DNA from: Planctomycetota bacterium
GTDB lineage: Bacteria; Planctomycetota; MHYJ01; WSZJ01
Reading direction: 5' to 3'
NCBI GenBank assembly: GCA_038060895.1
Contig: JBBTCT010000024.1
Location: 128,001-192,000 of the forward strand
Length of the DNA stretch: 64,000 nt
The notes beneath the pieces were generated by a model. It was given only the letters and a program-made list of their open reading frames with translations, had not been told where the DNA came from and ran no database searches. Position numbers and translations under genes: made by a program. Below are positions 18,239 through 27,425 of the stretch, in pieces (position 1 is the first letter of the stretch; each line of letters begins with the position of its first letter).

Positions 18239-20131
18239 ATGAGCATCGAAATCGGCGGCGTTGAGGTCTACTCGCTTGAAGAAGTCTCCAAGCGCCTCAA
18301 CGTCGAGCCGGACGCGCTGAAGCGGTGCATGCGCCGCGGCGAGCTTGTTGCCCGCAAGATCGGCGACCAGTGGTTCGTGACGTCGCAGAATCTCCTCGCG
18401 TTCCTGCAGACGCCCAGCACTCCAGCGAAGCGAGGGGCGCGGACGCGTGCGACCGACGAACCTCAGGTGCTGCCCGTCACGGCGCCGACGCTGGCTCTCG
18501 AGCCGACGCCCCTGATCGGCCCCGCAGTTCCTGCGGCGGAGGCGGCTCCGACCCCCGCCGTCGCCGAGGTCCCGGTCGAGGAGTCGCTTCCGACGCCCGT
18601 GCTCGAGGAGGAAATCATCTCCGCGGCGCCCCGAGCGGGGCTCAAGGACCGCGAGCCGGAGACGTCCGTGAAGATCGCGAAGCCGGAGACGGTGTTCCCG
18701 CACCAGCTGCCGCCCGGGATTCCCGACGAGCCCGTCCAGGCGGCCCCCGCGCGCCCCGTGTCGGCAGAAAAGGCGACGGAGCCGATCATGACGGCGGTCA
18801 AGGTCCAGCCTCCTTCGCACGCCGAGCCGCTTTTCGTCAGCGCGTCGGAAACGCCGGTGCCAACCCTGAGCGAGCGAAGCGAGCCGAAGTCCCCGGGCGT
18901 CCTGGAATCCGAGAAAGCCACCGACCTCAGCGTCCCGACCATCCCGCTTCCCTCCCACCTCTCTCCCCCGCCCCGCGGGGAATCTCCCACGGCCCCGACC
19001 CTGATCGTGGGCGCGCCCGCCCGGGATGAAGAGAAGCCGCCGCCGCCCAGCTCCGGCGACGCGCTGGCCGCGCTGTTCGACCTCCCGTTCCTGTCGCCCG
19101 ACGAGCCCGCGATGAGCGCCCTTCACGCCCCCACGCCCCCGGCAGGCCCTTCGTTCGGTCCCGAGGACAAGCACGCGCTCGCGATCGAAGCGACGCGGCG
19201 GCGCGCGATGGCCAGGACCGGAACTGCCGAAGACGCGCCCGCACCGGGCGGGAAGCGGACGCTTCTGGATTCCGAAGAGATGCCCTCGGTCTCTGTGGAC
19301 CTTCCGGGGGCCGCGATGCCGCCGGAGACGCGACCGGTCGTGAAGACCGTGGCGCCGCCGCGGCCGACGGCGCCCGGGGCGCGGCTGTCGGACATCCCGA
19401 ACATGTTCGGGCCGGATTCGCCGACGGTGCTTCTGACGCCGGAGCAGGTGGTGGCCGACGCGGAGCGGACGAAGCGGGTGCTCCATGAAGTCATGGAGCA
19501 GGGGCGAATCGCGCAGCGGGCGCGGGACGAAGTCGTGGCGACGGTGCGGAAGCTTCCGCTGGAAGAGCAGTCGTTCGCGCTGGCGGGGCCGATCGGCGAG
19601 CAGCTGGTGAAGCTGGACAAGCTGATTGAAGACGGCATGCGGGCGCAGAAGGAGCTGGGGCTGACGACGCCTCCTTCCGCGCCGAACGTCGTGACAGCGG
19701 TGCATCGCGCGCCGGCGGCGATTCCGAAGATGGAAGAATCGAAGTGGCTGCCGGTCGGGCAGCAGGCGGCGGCGGACCCGATGCCGCTGATTGCGCCGCA
19801 GTCGGACGCGGTGATTCCGGTGGCGCCGCCCTCAGTTTCGAAGCGGCCGGCGTCGCGCGTCGGGCCGGTGGGAGGCGAGACGTGGCAGGAAGTCGGGCTG
19901 CCTTCGGGAAGCGCGGCGGCGGGCGGACGGCAGGATACGGGAGGGATCGTGCGGCTGACGCTCTCGCTGTCGGACGAAGAGAAGCGGGTCCTGTCGGATC
20001 ACCGGATTGCCGAAGAAACGGCCGTGCAGGAGATCATGCGGCGGTACCAGCCGACGGATGAGCGGGGGTGGGTGGATGCGAAGGGGCGGTATTTCCAGCC
20101 GCTGAAGGGAAAGGGCGGTGTGCGGGCTTAG
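18239..20131 (+). CDS. Excisionase-like HTH (HTH_17) protein with long Pro/Ala/Glu-rich disordered region
   Basis: N-terminal VYSLEEVSKRLNVEPDALKRCMRRGELVARKIGDQWFVT; GGAG RBS. Confidence 0.8.
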   Translation: MSIEIGGVEVYSLEEVSKRLNVEPDALKRCMRRGELVARKIGDQWFVTSQNLLAFLQTPSTPAKRGARTRATDEPQVLPVTAPTLALEPTPLIGPAVPAAEAAPTPAVAEVPVEESLPTPVLEEEIISAAPRAGLKDREPETSVKIAKPETVFPHQLPPGIPDEPVQAAPARPVSAEKATEPIMTAVKVQPPSHAEPLFVSASETPVPTLSERSEPKSPGVLESEKATDLSVPTIPLPSHLSPPPRGESPTAPTLIVGAPARDEEKPPPPSSGDALAALFDLPFLSPDEPAMSALHAPTPPAGPSFGPEDKHALAIEATRRRAMARTGTAEDAPAPGGKRTLLDSEEMPSVSVDLPGAAMPPETRPVVKTVAPPRPTAPGARLSDIPNMFGPDSPTVLLTPEQVVADAERTKRVLHEVMEQGRIAQRARDEVVATVRKLPLEEQSFALAGPIGEQLVKLDKLIEDGMRAQKELGLTTPPSAPNVVTAVHRAPAAIPKMEESKWLPVGQQAAADPMPLIAPQSDAVIPVAPPSVSKRPASRVGPVGGETWQEVGLPSGSAAAGGRQDTGGIVRLTLSLSDEEKRVLSDHRIAEETAVQEIMRRYQPTDERGWVDAKGRYFQPLKGKGGVRA

Positions 20132-20140
20132 GGAACGGGT

Positions 20141-20168
20141 GAAAGACAATTTAGAATTATGAATTATG
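20141..20168. repeat. Solo half-copy of the GAATTAT/GAATATC heptamer element
   Basis: GAAAGACAATTTAGAATTATGAATTATG shares its terminus (GAAAGACAAT) with an arm of the 23051-23157 palindrome. Confidence 0.6.
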
Positions 20169-20198
20169 GGTCCAACGATGGGCCGACGTCCCGCGGCC

Positions 20199-22331
20199 TC
20201 ATTCTCCCTCAACAATTTCCACTCCCCGATTTGCCTCGACTCCTTCCACCCTCTGCACTTTGCCGCCCGGCCACTTCACAACGACGCTCGCCGTTCCGGC
20301 TCGCTTCCCGAATCCGAAATGTTGCCTCGCCGAATCCTGGCTCGTGGTTCCTCTTCCTGCCGCGATCTCCCGCGTCTGCCTTGAGTCGCCGAGAAAGACC
20401 GACACGCGCGCGCCGATGGACGTGCGCCCCTTTTTAGGTTTGAGGGAGACAGAGAGCCAGGTCGCTGCTTCGTCGAGCCCGTTGAGATAGAGCCGGGCCT
20501 TTCCGTTCGCGCAGACGACCAGGTCCAGGTCGCCGTCGTTGTCCGCGTCCAGCCACGCCTGTCCCCAACCGTTGAACGCGACGACGCCGGCGCGCCACGT
20601 GACCGGCTCGAAATGTCCCGCGCCGTCGTTGCGCAGGAGCCAGCTCGGACGCTCGCGGTAGACGCTCGTGAAATAGAGGTCCAGGTCTCCGTCGTTGTCG
20701 AAGTCCGCCGCAGACGGATCGCTCAGCGTTTCTTCGTACGGCAGCCCGCACCACGGCGCGACGTCGCAGAACTTCCAGCCGAGCGAAGCGCCCTGGTTCA
20801 TGAGGATCTGCGTCTTGTTCGAGAAGGCGATGAACCGCGGGTGCGCGAGGTTGGCGCTGACGAGGTCGAGATCCATGTCGTTGTCGAGGTCGGCCCAGCA
20901 CGAGCCGATCGTGTGGCCGTACCACGTATTGCCTTCGGCCGGCGTCCCGACTCCCTCGACACCGAGTTCCTTCGCGACGTTCGCGAACCCGCCCTTGCCG
21001 TCGTTGCGCCAGAGATAGTTCTTCTGCAGCCGGTAGTTCGACACGAAGCAGTCGGCGTCGCCGTCGTCGTCGAAGTCGCCCCAGTTCACGCCGCGCCCCG
21101 CCCTGGGCTCCGCTTTCTCCTCGCCCTCGAGCGCGTCGGCCCACTTCCCGGCGCCCTGCGACAGGAAGAGCTTGTCTACCCCGCCGCGGCCCAGGTCTCC
21201 GCTTTCGTAAACCGCGAGATACAGGTCGGGCAGCCCGTCGCCGTTCGCGTCGGCCAGGCCCGCGCCTTCGGGCCCCGCCTCGAGATCGCCCCCCAGCCCG
21301 GTGTCGTTCGCTTCGACAAAGGCCCCCGCGCCGTCATTGAGGAAGAGCCTCACCGCCGGCTTGTTTGAGAACACCCACAGGTCCACGTCCCCGTCCCCGT
21401 CCGCGTCCGCCCACAGCGACCCCGCGCCGTTCGCCGCGGGCAGCTTTTCAACCGCAAGCCGCTCGAACACGCCCCGGTTGTTCCGGAACACCGCGCCGTT
21501 GAACGCCAGGTCATCCCACCCGTCGCCGTCGAAGTCCCCGACCGCCACCCGGTTCCCCCGCGCCTCCGCCAGCCCCGACTTCTCCGTCGCATCCTCAAAC
21601 TCCGCCACGTCCGCCGGCTCCGCTTCCCAAAACGGATTCCCCGGCCCGCGCTTCCCCGTCAACTCGTACGCGAACGCCAGGTACGAGCGCCAGGTTCCCA
21701 TCTCCGTCAGCACGGTCTCGCGGGCGACGGCTTCCTCGGGAAGCGGCAAGGCGCCGCGCGCCGCGAGCGCGGTCTCGATCAGTTCCACGGCCCGTTCGGG
21801 TTTGAGGTCGCACTCGACGTAAGCGCGCCCGACGCGAAACGTCTGCATCGCGTCGAGCTGGATCGCGGCGATGTCCTTCTCGACCGCCGCGACGTCAGCG
21901 TCGTGTTTCAGCCGCGCGTGGGCCGACAGGCAGATGCACAGCCACCCGACGCGCCAGTAAGCCTCCGGGAATTCGCGCGCCAGCCGGCCGAAGACCGCGA
22001 TCTTCTCCTCGTCCTTCGCGTACCAGTTGCAGGCGCCGAGCGTCTCGTTGATCTGCCGCGAAGAGTCGTCCTTCGGCCCCCAGGCGATCCCGCGCTTCCC
22101 CGCCACAACGAGCGCTTCGCACATCGCGTCCCACTTTTTCTGCTCCGCGCGGATCTGGAAGAGCAGAAACGGCGCCGCGGTGTCTTTCGGATCGGCGGCA
22201 GCGGCTTTCTCCAGAAGCGTCGCGGCCTCGTCGGATTTCCCCGCCTTGTGCAGATCGCGGGCTTCTTCGAGAGGGCCGGCAACGACGCTGAGGGCGCAGA
22301 GGGACAACAATGCAGCATGGAGTGGTTTCAC
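20199..22331 (-). CDS. CRTAC1-family protein (TPR + FG-GAP/VCBS repeats + ASPIC/UnbV)
   Basis: Repeated GDFDGDGWDDL / ADFDNDGDLDL motifs; C-terminal IGARVSV...QTREI..G.GTTSQDS..HFGFG...VVVKWPGG. Confidence 0.9.
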   Translation of the reverse strand: MKPLHAALLSLCALSVVAGPLEEARDLHKAGKSDEAATLLEKAAAADPKDTAAPFLLFQIRAEQKKWDAMCEALVVAGKRGIAWGPKDDSSRQINETLGACNWYAKDEEKIAVFGRLAREFPEAYWRVGWLCICLSAHARLKHDADVAAVEKDIAAIQLDAMQTFRVGRAYVECDLKPERAVELIETALAARGALPLPEEAVARETVLTEMGTWRSYLAFAYELTGKRGPGNPFWEAEPADVAEFEDATEKSGLAEARGNRVAVGDFDGDGWDDLAFNGAVFRNNRGVFERLAVEKLPAANGAGSLWADADGDGDVDLWVFSNKPAVRLFLNDGAGAFVEANDTGLGGDLEAGPEGAGLADANGDGLPDLYLAVYESGDLGRGGVDKLFLSQGAGKWADALEGEEKAEPRAGRGVNWGDFDDDGDADCFVSNYRLQKNYLWRNDGKGGFANVAKELGVEGVGTPAEGNTWYGHTIGSCWADLDNDMDLDLVSANLAHPRFIAFSNKTQILMNQGASLGWKFCDVAPWCGLPYEETLSDPSAADFDNDGDLDLYFTSVYRERPSWLLRNDGAGHFEPVTWRAGVVAFNGWGQAWLDADNDGDLDLVVCANGKARLYLNGLDEAATWLSVSLKPKKGRTSIGARVSVFLGDSRQTREIAAGRGTTSQDSARQHFGFGKRAGTASVVVKWPGGKVQRVEGVEANRGVEIVEGE

Positions 22332-22423
22332 GGAGGTCCTCGCGAAGTGGAGGCACGGGATTGTAGCCGCCCCCGGTCAGCGGCCCTCTACCCACTACCA
22401 CCTACCAACTACTCCCTGCCGTT

Positions 22424-22984
22424 CTATTTCGGCTGCGCCTCGCCATAATCCGGCGGCTTCTGGTTCTTCGCGCGCTCTTCTTCTTCCAGCCTTCTCAGCG
22501 TTTTCTCATAGATGTCGCCGAGTCCGTTGCCGCCGAGTTTCTTGCGGGTGCGGTAGACGATCTCGTCCTGGGCTTCGGGGTCGGAGCCGTCGTAGGCCCA
22601 GTCGGCCTCGCCCGGGCTGACCGGGTTGGTGCCTGAGTTCGTCTCGGCCTCGACGACGAGGTGCATCAGCGTCTGGCCGGGGCCGACGGGCTCGAGTTCC
22701 ATCGTGACCCGGTAGCGGTGGTTCTCGTGGGAGAAGTCGCTGCCGTAGGAGTTCCAGTGCGATTCGAGGAACCACTCTTCGCGGTTCACTTCGGCGAAGG
22801 TGTAACCCATGTCGGCCATCACGTCGCGCGAGGCTTCCCAGACCTCCTTGGTGGTGCCGGCGAAGGGCCCGTATTCGGTTTTCTCGGGCTTGATGCCGAG
22901 GAAAGCGCGGATCTGGGGGACGGAAGAGCAGCCGGTGAAGGCGAGGGGAAGGGCGAGAAGAGCCAGGGCGCGGAGGTGTTTCAT
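22424..22984 (-). CDS. Hypothetical lipoprotein
   Basis: Lipobox LAFTGC; coding-like codon bias. Confidence 0.75.
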   Translation of the reverse strand: MKHLRALALLALPLAFTGCSSVPQIRAFLGIKPEKTEYGPFAGTTKEVWEASRDVMADMGYTFAEVNREEWFLESHWNSYGSDFSHENHRYRVTMELEPVGPGQTLMHLVVEAETNSGTNPVSPGEADWAYDGSDPEAQDEIVYRTRKKLGGNGLGDIYEKTLRRLEEEERAKNQKPPDYGEAQPK

Positions 22985-23050
22985 GCGGGGAAGGATAGCA
23001 ATCGGGGGAGCGGGAAGGAAGCGGGAATCGGGGGCGGGAAAAACGGCCAG

Positions 23051-23153
23051 GACAATTTTGAATATCGAATATCGAATAGTGAATTATGAATGAAAGGCGG
23101 CCCGACCCGGTCATTCATAATTCATTATTCGATATTCGATATTCATAATTGTC
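23051..23153. repeat. AT-rich ~103-bp palindrome of GAATATC/GAATTAT heptamers between divergent genes
   Basis: GACAATTTTGAATATCGAATATCGAATAGTGAATTATGAATGA pairs with TCATTCATAATTCATTATTCGATATTCGATATTCATAATTGTC. Confidence 0.92.
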
Positions 23154-23213
23154 TTTCCTTTCCTTCCCGCCCTCTCCTCCCGATCACCCCTCACCCTGTA
23201 GAATCCCCACCTC

Positions 23214-24794
23214 ATGCGCCTCCAGGCCTTCCACTGCCCCTCCTGCGCCGGCTCCCTCGACATCAAGCCCGGCGCCGGCCGCGTCAAGTGCTCGTACTGC
23301 GGCAACACGCTCGTCGTCGAGGACAACGCGGTTTCGAGCTCGCCGCGCGAGTGGACCCGGCACGAGGACGCCGACAAACCCGAGTATCCCGAGCCGGGCG
23401 CGACGCTCTACACGCGCGAAGCGGCGCGGTTCGAGATGTCCGTCATCGAGCAGAAAATCCCCGAGGGCTCGCCCGACCGGTTCGCGCACGTGGAGCTCGG
23501 CGAGGAGCGCTTCGCCCTCGTGTACCTGCGCAACGTGGACGACAAGGGCAAGCCGGTGTCGTCCGACCTCGACCGCCCGTTCGAGACTCTGAAAGCCTCG
23601 CTCGAGACGGACGGCGACCCCGGACTCGCCGCGAACTGCGCGCTCGAGGATCTCTGCAGCCGCGGCTACGCGCACCGGCTCGAGGTCGCCGTGCTGCTCT
23701 TCGAGCCGCGCCAGATGACGATGACCTCGTACAACGCCGGCTGCCGCGACGCGATCTGGTGGGTCTCGAACGAAGAAGGCCGCTGCTGCACCACCGGTTC
23801 CTCGCACGAGCCTCTCGAGCGCAAATTCCTCCGCGAAACCCGCGACCACTTCGAAAACGGCCGCCCCGTCCACCTCGCCGCCGGCGATCTCTTCGTCATG
23901 GTCTCCTCAGGCTTCGCAGGGCGCGGCGGAAGCGGCATGTGGCCGACCGGCCTCGGGACACTCACGGACACGCTCAACGACCACCTCGGCGAAGAGCCGC
24001 TTCGCGTCGTGACGCTCGTGAAGAACGAATTCTGGGCGAAGCGCTCGCGGCATCGCGACGGCGGCGAGCACCCGTGCGGCGACGTGAAGATCGCGGCGGT
24101 GCGGGCGATCCTGCCGCCGGAAGCGACGGCGATTCCGGGGGACGGGAAGATCGAAGTGGTGAAGTCGCGCAAGTACGAGATCGGGCTGGTGAAGGGGCCG
24201 CGGGACATCGCGAAAGTTTTTCCGCTTCATAGCGACCGGCAGGTGCTCGTCTGGATGTCGCCGCGCGAGGGGTCGCTGGAGCCGGCGGATTTCGACCGCG
24301 GGGCGAAGGCGATTCTCGAGGTGCTGGACGGGCAGACGGGGGACAACGACAACCCGCGGGCGGCGGGGCGGGACGCGTACGAGGCGATGAAGACGGGGCC
24401 GGGGCAGATCCGGATGGCGGTGATCCAGTGCCTGGACCAGTACGGGCGCGTGAAATATTTCCGTGCGGGGTGGAAGCAGCCGGTCGCGCTCGGGCCACGC
24501 GGGATCAAGTCGGACGGAATGCAGCAGTTCGACGAGGGGGGCGAAGCGACGGTGAACCAGGGCGCGCGGTTGTTTTTCCCCGGGCCGCTGGAGTACGAGG
24601 GCGAGCACCACATGGCGGAGTATTTCGCGCAGGCGTGGGAGGGAGGGAAGGCGTCGCGGTTGTATGAGGCGATGAGGGAGCACTGGAAGACGAAGAGCAC
24701 GGTGAAGGCGCTGGAGAAACTGGCGAAGGCGGCGGCGAGTGATGTGAACGTGCCGTCGCTGGTAGGGATGGCGTTGGTGACGGGGGTCGGCTAA
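23214..24794 (+). CDS. Zn-ribbon protein with degenerate SpoIIE/PP2C-like domain(s)
   Basis: CPSC..CSYCG; SYNAGC, LAAGDLFVMVSSGF and GDVKIAAVR echo SpoIIE motifs (NAGH, L.PGD.L...SDG, DD.T) but lack key Asp residues. Confidence 0.6.
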   Translation: MRLQAFHCPSCAGSLDIKPGAGRVKCSYCGNTLVVEDNAVSSSPREWTRHEDADKPEYPEPGATLYTREAARFEMSVIEQKIPEGSPDRFAHVELGEERFALVYLRNVDDKGKPVSSDLDRPFETLKASLETDGDPGLAANCALEDLCSRGYAHRLEVAVLLFEPRQMTMTSYNAGCRDAIWWVSNEEGRCCTTGSSHEPLERKFLRETRDHFENGRPVHLAAGDLFVMVSSGFAGRGGSGMWPTGLGTLTDTLNDHLGEEPLRVVTLVKNEFWAKRSRHRDGGEHPCGDVKIAAVRAILPPEATAIPGDGKIEVVKSRKYEIGLVKGPRDIAKVFPLHSDRQVLVWMSPREGSLEPADFDRGAKAILEVLDGQTGDNDNPRAAGRDAYEAMKTGPGQIRMAVIQCLDQYGRVKYFRAGWKQPVALGPRGIKSDGMQQFDEGGEATVNQGARLFFPGPLEYEGEHHMAEYFAQAWEGGKASRLYEAMREHWKTKSTVKALEKLAKAAASDVNVPSLVGMALVTGVG

Positions 24795-24859
24795 GAACCA
24801 GGACTCCCAAGCTCGCCAGCAACCCAATCCGCCCCAACGATCCACTCCGCTCCCCGAAA

Positions 24860-24980
24860 TTCCGTGTCCTTCCGTTCCTCCGTGATCTCCGTGTTATGCC
24901 GTTTTTTCAAGCCGCGTTCCTGAGCCGTTTTCACAAAAAGGCAGAACACGGAAACCACGGAGGAACGGAGAGACACGGAA
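24860..24980. repeat. ~120-bp palindrome of CTCCGTG-type nonamer repeats between convergent genes
   Basis: TTCCGTGTCCTTCCGTTCCTCCGTGATCTCCGTGTT pairs imperfectly with AACACGGAAACCACGGAGGAACGGAGAGACACGGAA. Confidence 0.85.
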
Positions 24981-25011
24981 ACCTGGAAGCGGCGAGCGGG
25001 GAGAGACCGGC

Positions 25012-25758
25012 CTATTTTGTGTCGTAGTGCTTCGCCCACGCCGCGCGCGCCTTCGCGCCGTCTTCCCGCACCTGCTCCTCGCTGCACGCCGCCGCACCGC
25101 TGATTCGCACCAGCCCGCGATGCGCCATCGCCCTCACTTCGGCATCCGCATCCCCCACCATCTCCACCAGCAGCCCCGCCTGCTCCCGCCCCGCCAGATC
25201 CGCCACCACCCGGGCCGCCATCCTCCGGTGGAACACGTCCTTCTCGACGTCCGCCTTCTTCACCCACGCCGCCGCCGGTTCGACGCACCCGGCGCCGAGC
25301 TTCTTCAGTTTCGCGTCCACGGCCTCCACGACGCACCCGACCTCCGGCGTGCGCAGCAGCCGGTCGACCTCCGCCGCCACCTCCAACCGCCTCTTCTCCG
25401 CTGCCTGCGCGTCACTCGCCACGGAAGGCAGGCGACTCGCCACCGGCCGCTCTTCCCTTGCCCTGTAAAACGCGACCGCGATCAGAAACCCCGCCGCCGC
25501 CGCCAGCGGCAGTCCCCACCACGGAACTCCGGCCGATCTCTGCGCCCGCAGCCCGGCGAGCGCCCGCGCGGCCGCCGCTTCCGCCCGCTGGCCCACGGGA
25601 TCGAGGGCGGCGTTCAGGGAAGCGATTTCGGCGCGCCGTTCGGCGAGCGCGGCTTCGCAGGTCGGGCAGCCGCGCAGGTGGGCCTCGACCTCGGCGGGAG
25701 CCGGGTCTTCGCCGTCGGCGAACGCGTCGAGCCGCTCGCAGATTTCAACGCACGTCAT
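25012..25758 (-). CDS. Anti-sigma factor (zf-HC2, one TM helix, C-terminal HEAT-like domain)
   Basis: MTC...AHLRGCPTC; TM helix WWGLPLAAAAGFLIAVAF; overlaps the ECF sigma gene. Confidence 0.85.
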   Translation of the reverse strand: MTCVEICERLDAFADGEDPAPAEVEAHLRGCPTCEAALAERRAEIASLNAALDPVGQRAEAAAARALAGLRAQRSAGVPWWGLPLAAAAGFLIAVAFYRAREERPVASRLPSVASDAQAAEKRRLEVAAEVDRLLRTPEVGCVVEAVDAKLKKLGAGCVEPAAAWVKKADVEKDVFHRRMAARVVADLAGREQAGLLVEMVGDADAEVRAMAHRGLVRISGAAACSEEQVREDGAKARAAWAKHYDTK

Positions 25759-26251
25759 GGACCGCCCCTTTCAGCCGCTCGCGCAGCATCGCCCGGCCCT
25801 TCGTCAGCCGCGCGTTGACGGCGGCGGCGGAGAGGCCGAGGAGGCCGGCGATTTCGGAGTAGGATTTTTTGTCGAAGTGAAACAACGCGATGGTCTCGCG
25901 ATAGATCTCGGGGATTTCGAGAAGCGCCCGCCTGATGCGGTCGCCTTCGTCCACGGGCACCACCGGCTCCGGCGCGGGCACGGCGCCGGCTTCGTCGCCG
26001 AGCCCGGGGGGCCGTTTTTTCCGCGCCCTTCCCCACTCCCGGCAGACGTTTTCCGCGATGCCGCGCACCCAGGCGCCGAACTTTTCGAGTTCCCGGAGCG
26101 CCCCGAAATCGCGGCAAGCCCGCATCATTGTCTCCTGGACGAGGTCATCCGTCTCGACGACGTTCCCGGTCCTGGACCAGCAGACAGCGCCGACGGCACG
26201 GGCGTGCCGGCGGACGAGATCCTCGAGGGTGCGACGGCGGTCGGGGGTCAT
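25745..26251 (-). CDS. ECF RNA polymerase sigma factor
   Basis: Region 2 DDLVQETMMRA...FGAWVRGIAEN; region 4 IPEIYRETIALFHFDKKSYSEIAGLLGLSAAAVNARL. Confidence 0.92.
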   Translation of the reverse strand: MTPDRRRTLEDLVRRHARAVGAVCWSRTGNVVETDDLVQETMMRACRDFGALRELEKFGAWVRGIAENVCREWGRARKKRPPGLGDEAGAVPAPEPVVPVDEGDRIRRALLEIPEIYRETIALFHFDKKSYSEIAGLLGLSAAAVNARLTKGRAMLRERLKGAVHDVR

Positions 26252-26334
26252 CGGACGCACTATTGTGACGCGCGAGGGGGGGAGTAATACCGGGGGGCCG
26301 AAAATAGGCGAGGTGGCCCCCCTTTGCCCGGAAC

Positions 26335-26441
26335 CCGCAACTTCAAGAGGCTAACTTCAACTCCAATCCCCTGTTCGGCGGAGTTTGTAATTGTCCGTTT
26401 GTAGTTGCCGTTTGCTTGAAGCTTGAAGTTTGAAGTTGCGG
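26335..26441. repeat. ~107-bp repeat element, copy A (TTGAAG-rich, 12-bp terminal inverted repeats)
   Basis: CCGCAACTTCAA...TTGAAGTTGCGG termini; 84-bp core 26355-26438 matches 27323-27406 with 5 mismatches by manual alignment. Confidence 0.9.
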
Positions 26442-26497
26442 TCCCGCGCTTCAAAGGGAGCGCCTATGATCAAAATCAAATTCATTGATAAATGGGC

Positions 26498-26525
26498 TTG
26501 ACAGAAGCCCGCCAAGGGGTATAAC
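26498..26525 (+). promoter_or_regulatory. Near-consensus sigma70 promoter in an AT-rich patch
   Basis: TTGACA-16 nt-TATAAC with an AT-rich upstream tract. Confidence 0.55.
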
Positions 26526-26668
26526 TAAATACGAACATTTGCGACCGGCGCCTCCCGGGCACCGGGGGTTTCAATCGCGGGCACTCCTGCGACGTGCGGG
26601 AGTCTTGCGTTGCGGGAACTTCTCGCCTCCCGGGAGGATCGAGCCATGCCGCTGGTAGAATTGCATCC

Positions 26669-27268
26669 ATGCAGATTCATCCGTCGCACTTCACCGAAGA
26701 CGACATCGCGGAGCGCCAGCGCCTCGGGCTGGACCTGTTCGACGAGGAGTGGGAAGGGGTCTACCACGTGACTCCTGCCCCGTCCGTCGATCATCAGGTC
26801 GTGCTCACCGGACTCCTTCGTTTTCTGGGAGCGCTTCTGGAATCACGCGGCGGCGGGACCGTGCTGCCCGAAGTGAACGTCTTCCGGGAAGGCCCGAAGC
26901 AGCCCGACTACCGTGTGCCCGATCTCGTGTTCGTGGCCCTCGGACGCGAGGCGATCATTGCCCGCGACGGGATCCGCGGCGGCGCGCCGGACGCGATCTT
27001 CGAGATCCTTTCGCCGCGCGATGAGAGCTACCAGAAGTTCGGCTTCTACGCGGCGATCGGAGTCCCCGAAATCCTCATCGTGGGTCCCGAAGAGCGCGCC
27101 GCGGAGGTCTGGGCGCTTGCGGAGGGTCGCTACATGAAAGTTCCAGCCGGCGCCGACGGCGCAGTCGTCTCTCGGGCGCTCGAAGTGTCGTTTCGCACAC
27201 AAGCCGGCAGCCCGGCGCGTCTCGAGCTCACGGACCGTCGCAACCCGTCACGGCGCGTGACGATCTAA
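26669..27268 (+). CDS. Uma2-family (PD-(D/E)xK) endonuclease
   Basis: EWEG...TPAPSVDHQ, YRVPDLVFV, APDAIFEILSP, KFGFYAAIGVPEILIV. Confidence 0.92.
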   Translation: MQIHPSHFTEDDIAERQRLGLDLFDEEWEGVYHVTPAPSVDHQVVLTGLLRFLGALLESRGGGTVLPEVNVFREGPKQPDYRVPDLVFVALGREAIIARDGIRGGAPDAIFEILSPRDESYQKFGFYAAIGVPEILIVGPEERAAEVWALAEGRYMKVPAGADGAVVSRALEVSFRTQAGSPARLELTDRRNPSRRVTI

Positions 27269-27301
27269 CTGGCTCCCGGTTGATTCTGTGCCATTCATCC
27301 G

Positions 27302-27420
27302 CCGCAAATTTCGGCGCGCCACCTTCAACTCCAATCCCCTGTTCGACGGAGTTTGTAGTTGTCTGTTTGTAGTTGCCATTTGCTTGAAGATTGAAGTTTG
27401 AAGTTGAAGTTGCCGGTTCC
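27302..27420. repeat. Repeat element, copy B (direct repeat of 26335-26441)
   Basis: CTTCAACTCCAATCCCCTGTTCGACGGAGTTTGTAGTTGTCTGTTTGTAGTTGCCATTTGCTTGAAGATTGAAGTTTGAAGTTG. Confidence 0.9.
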
Positions 27421-27425
27421 CGCTC

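Noticed and set aside
18239-18420. Excisionase indicating a prophage or ICE
   Set aside because: No integrase, phage or conjugation genes nearby; the HTH is fused to a long disordered region
26568-26605. GTTTCAATC... resembling the end of a CRISPR repeat
   Set aside because: Single occurrence, no repeat-spacer periodicity, no cas genes in the window
26335-27420. Direct repeats as integron attC sites
   Set aside because: No clean RYYYAAC/GTTRRRY box pairing, flanked genes lie in opposite orientations, no integrase; kept only as a cassette-like finding
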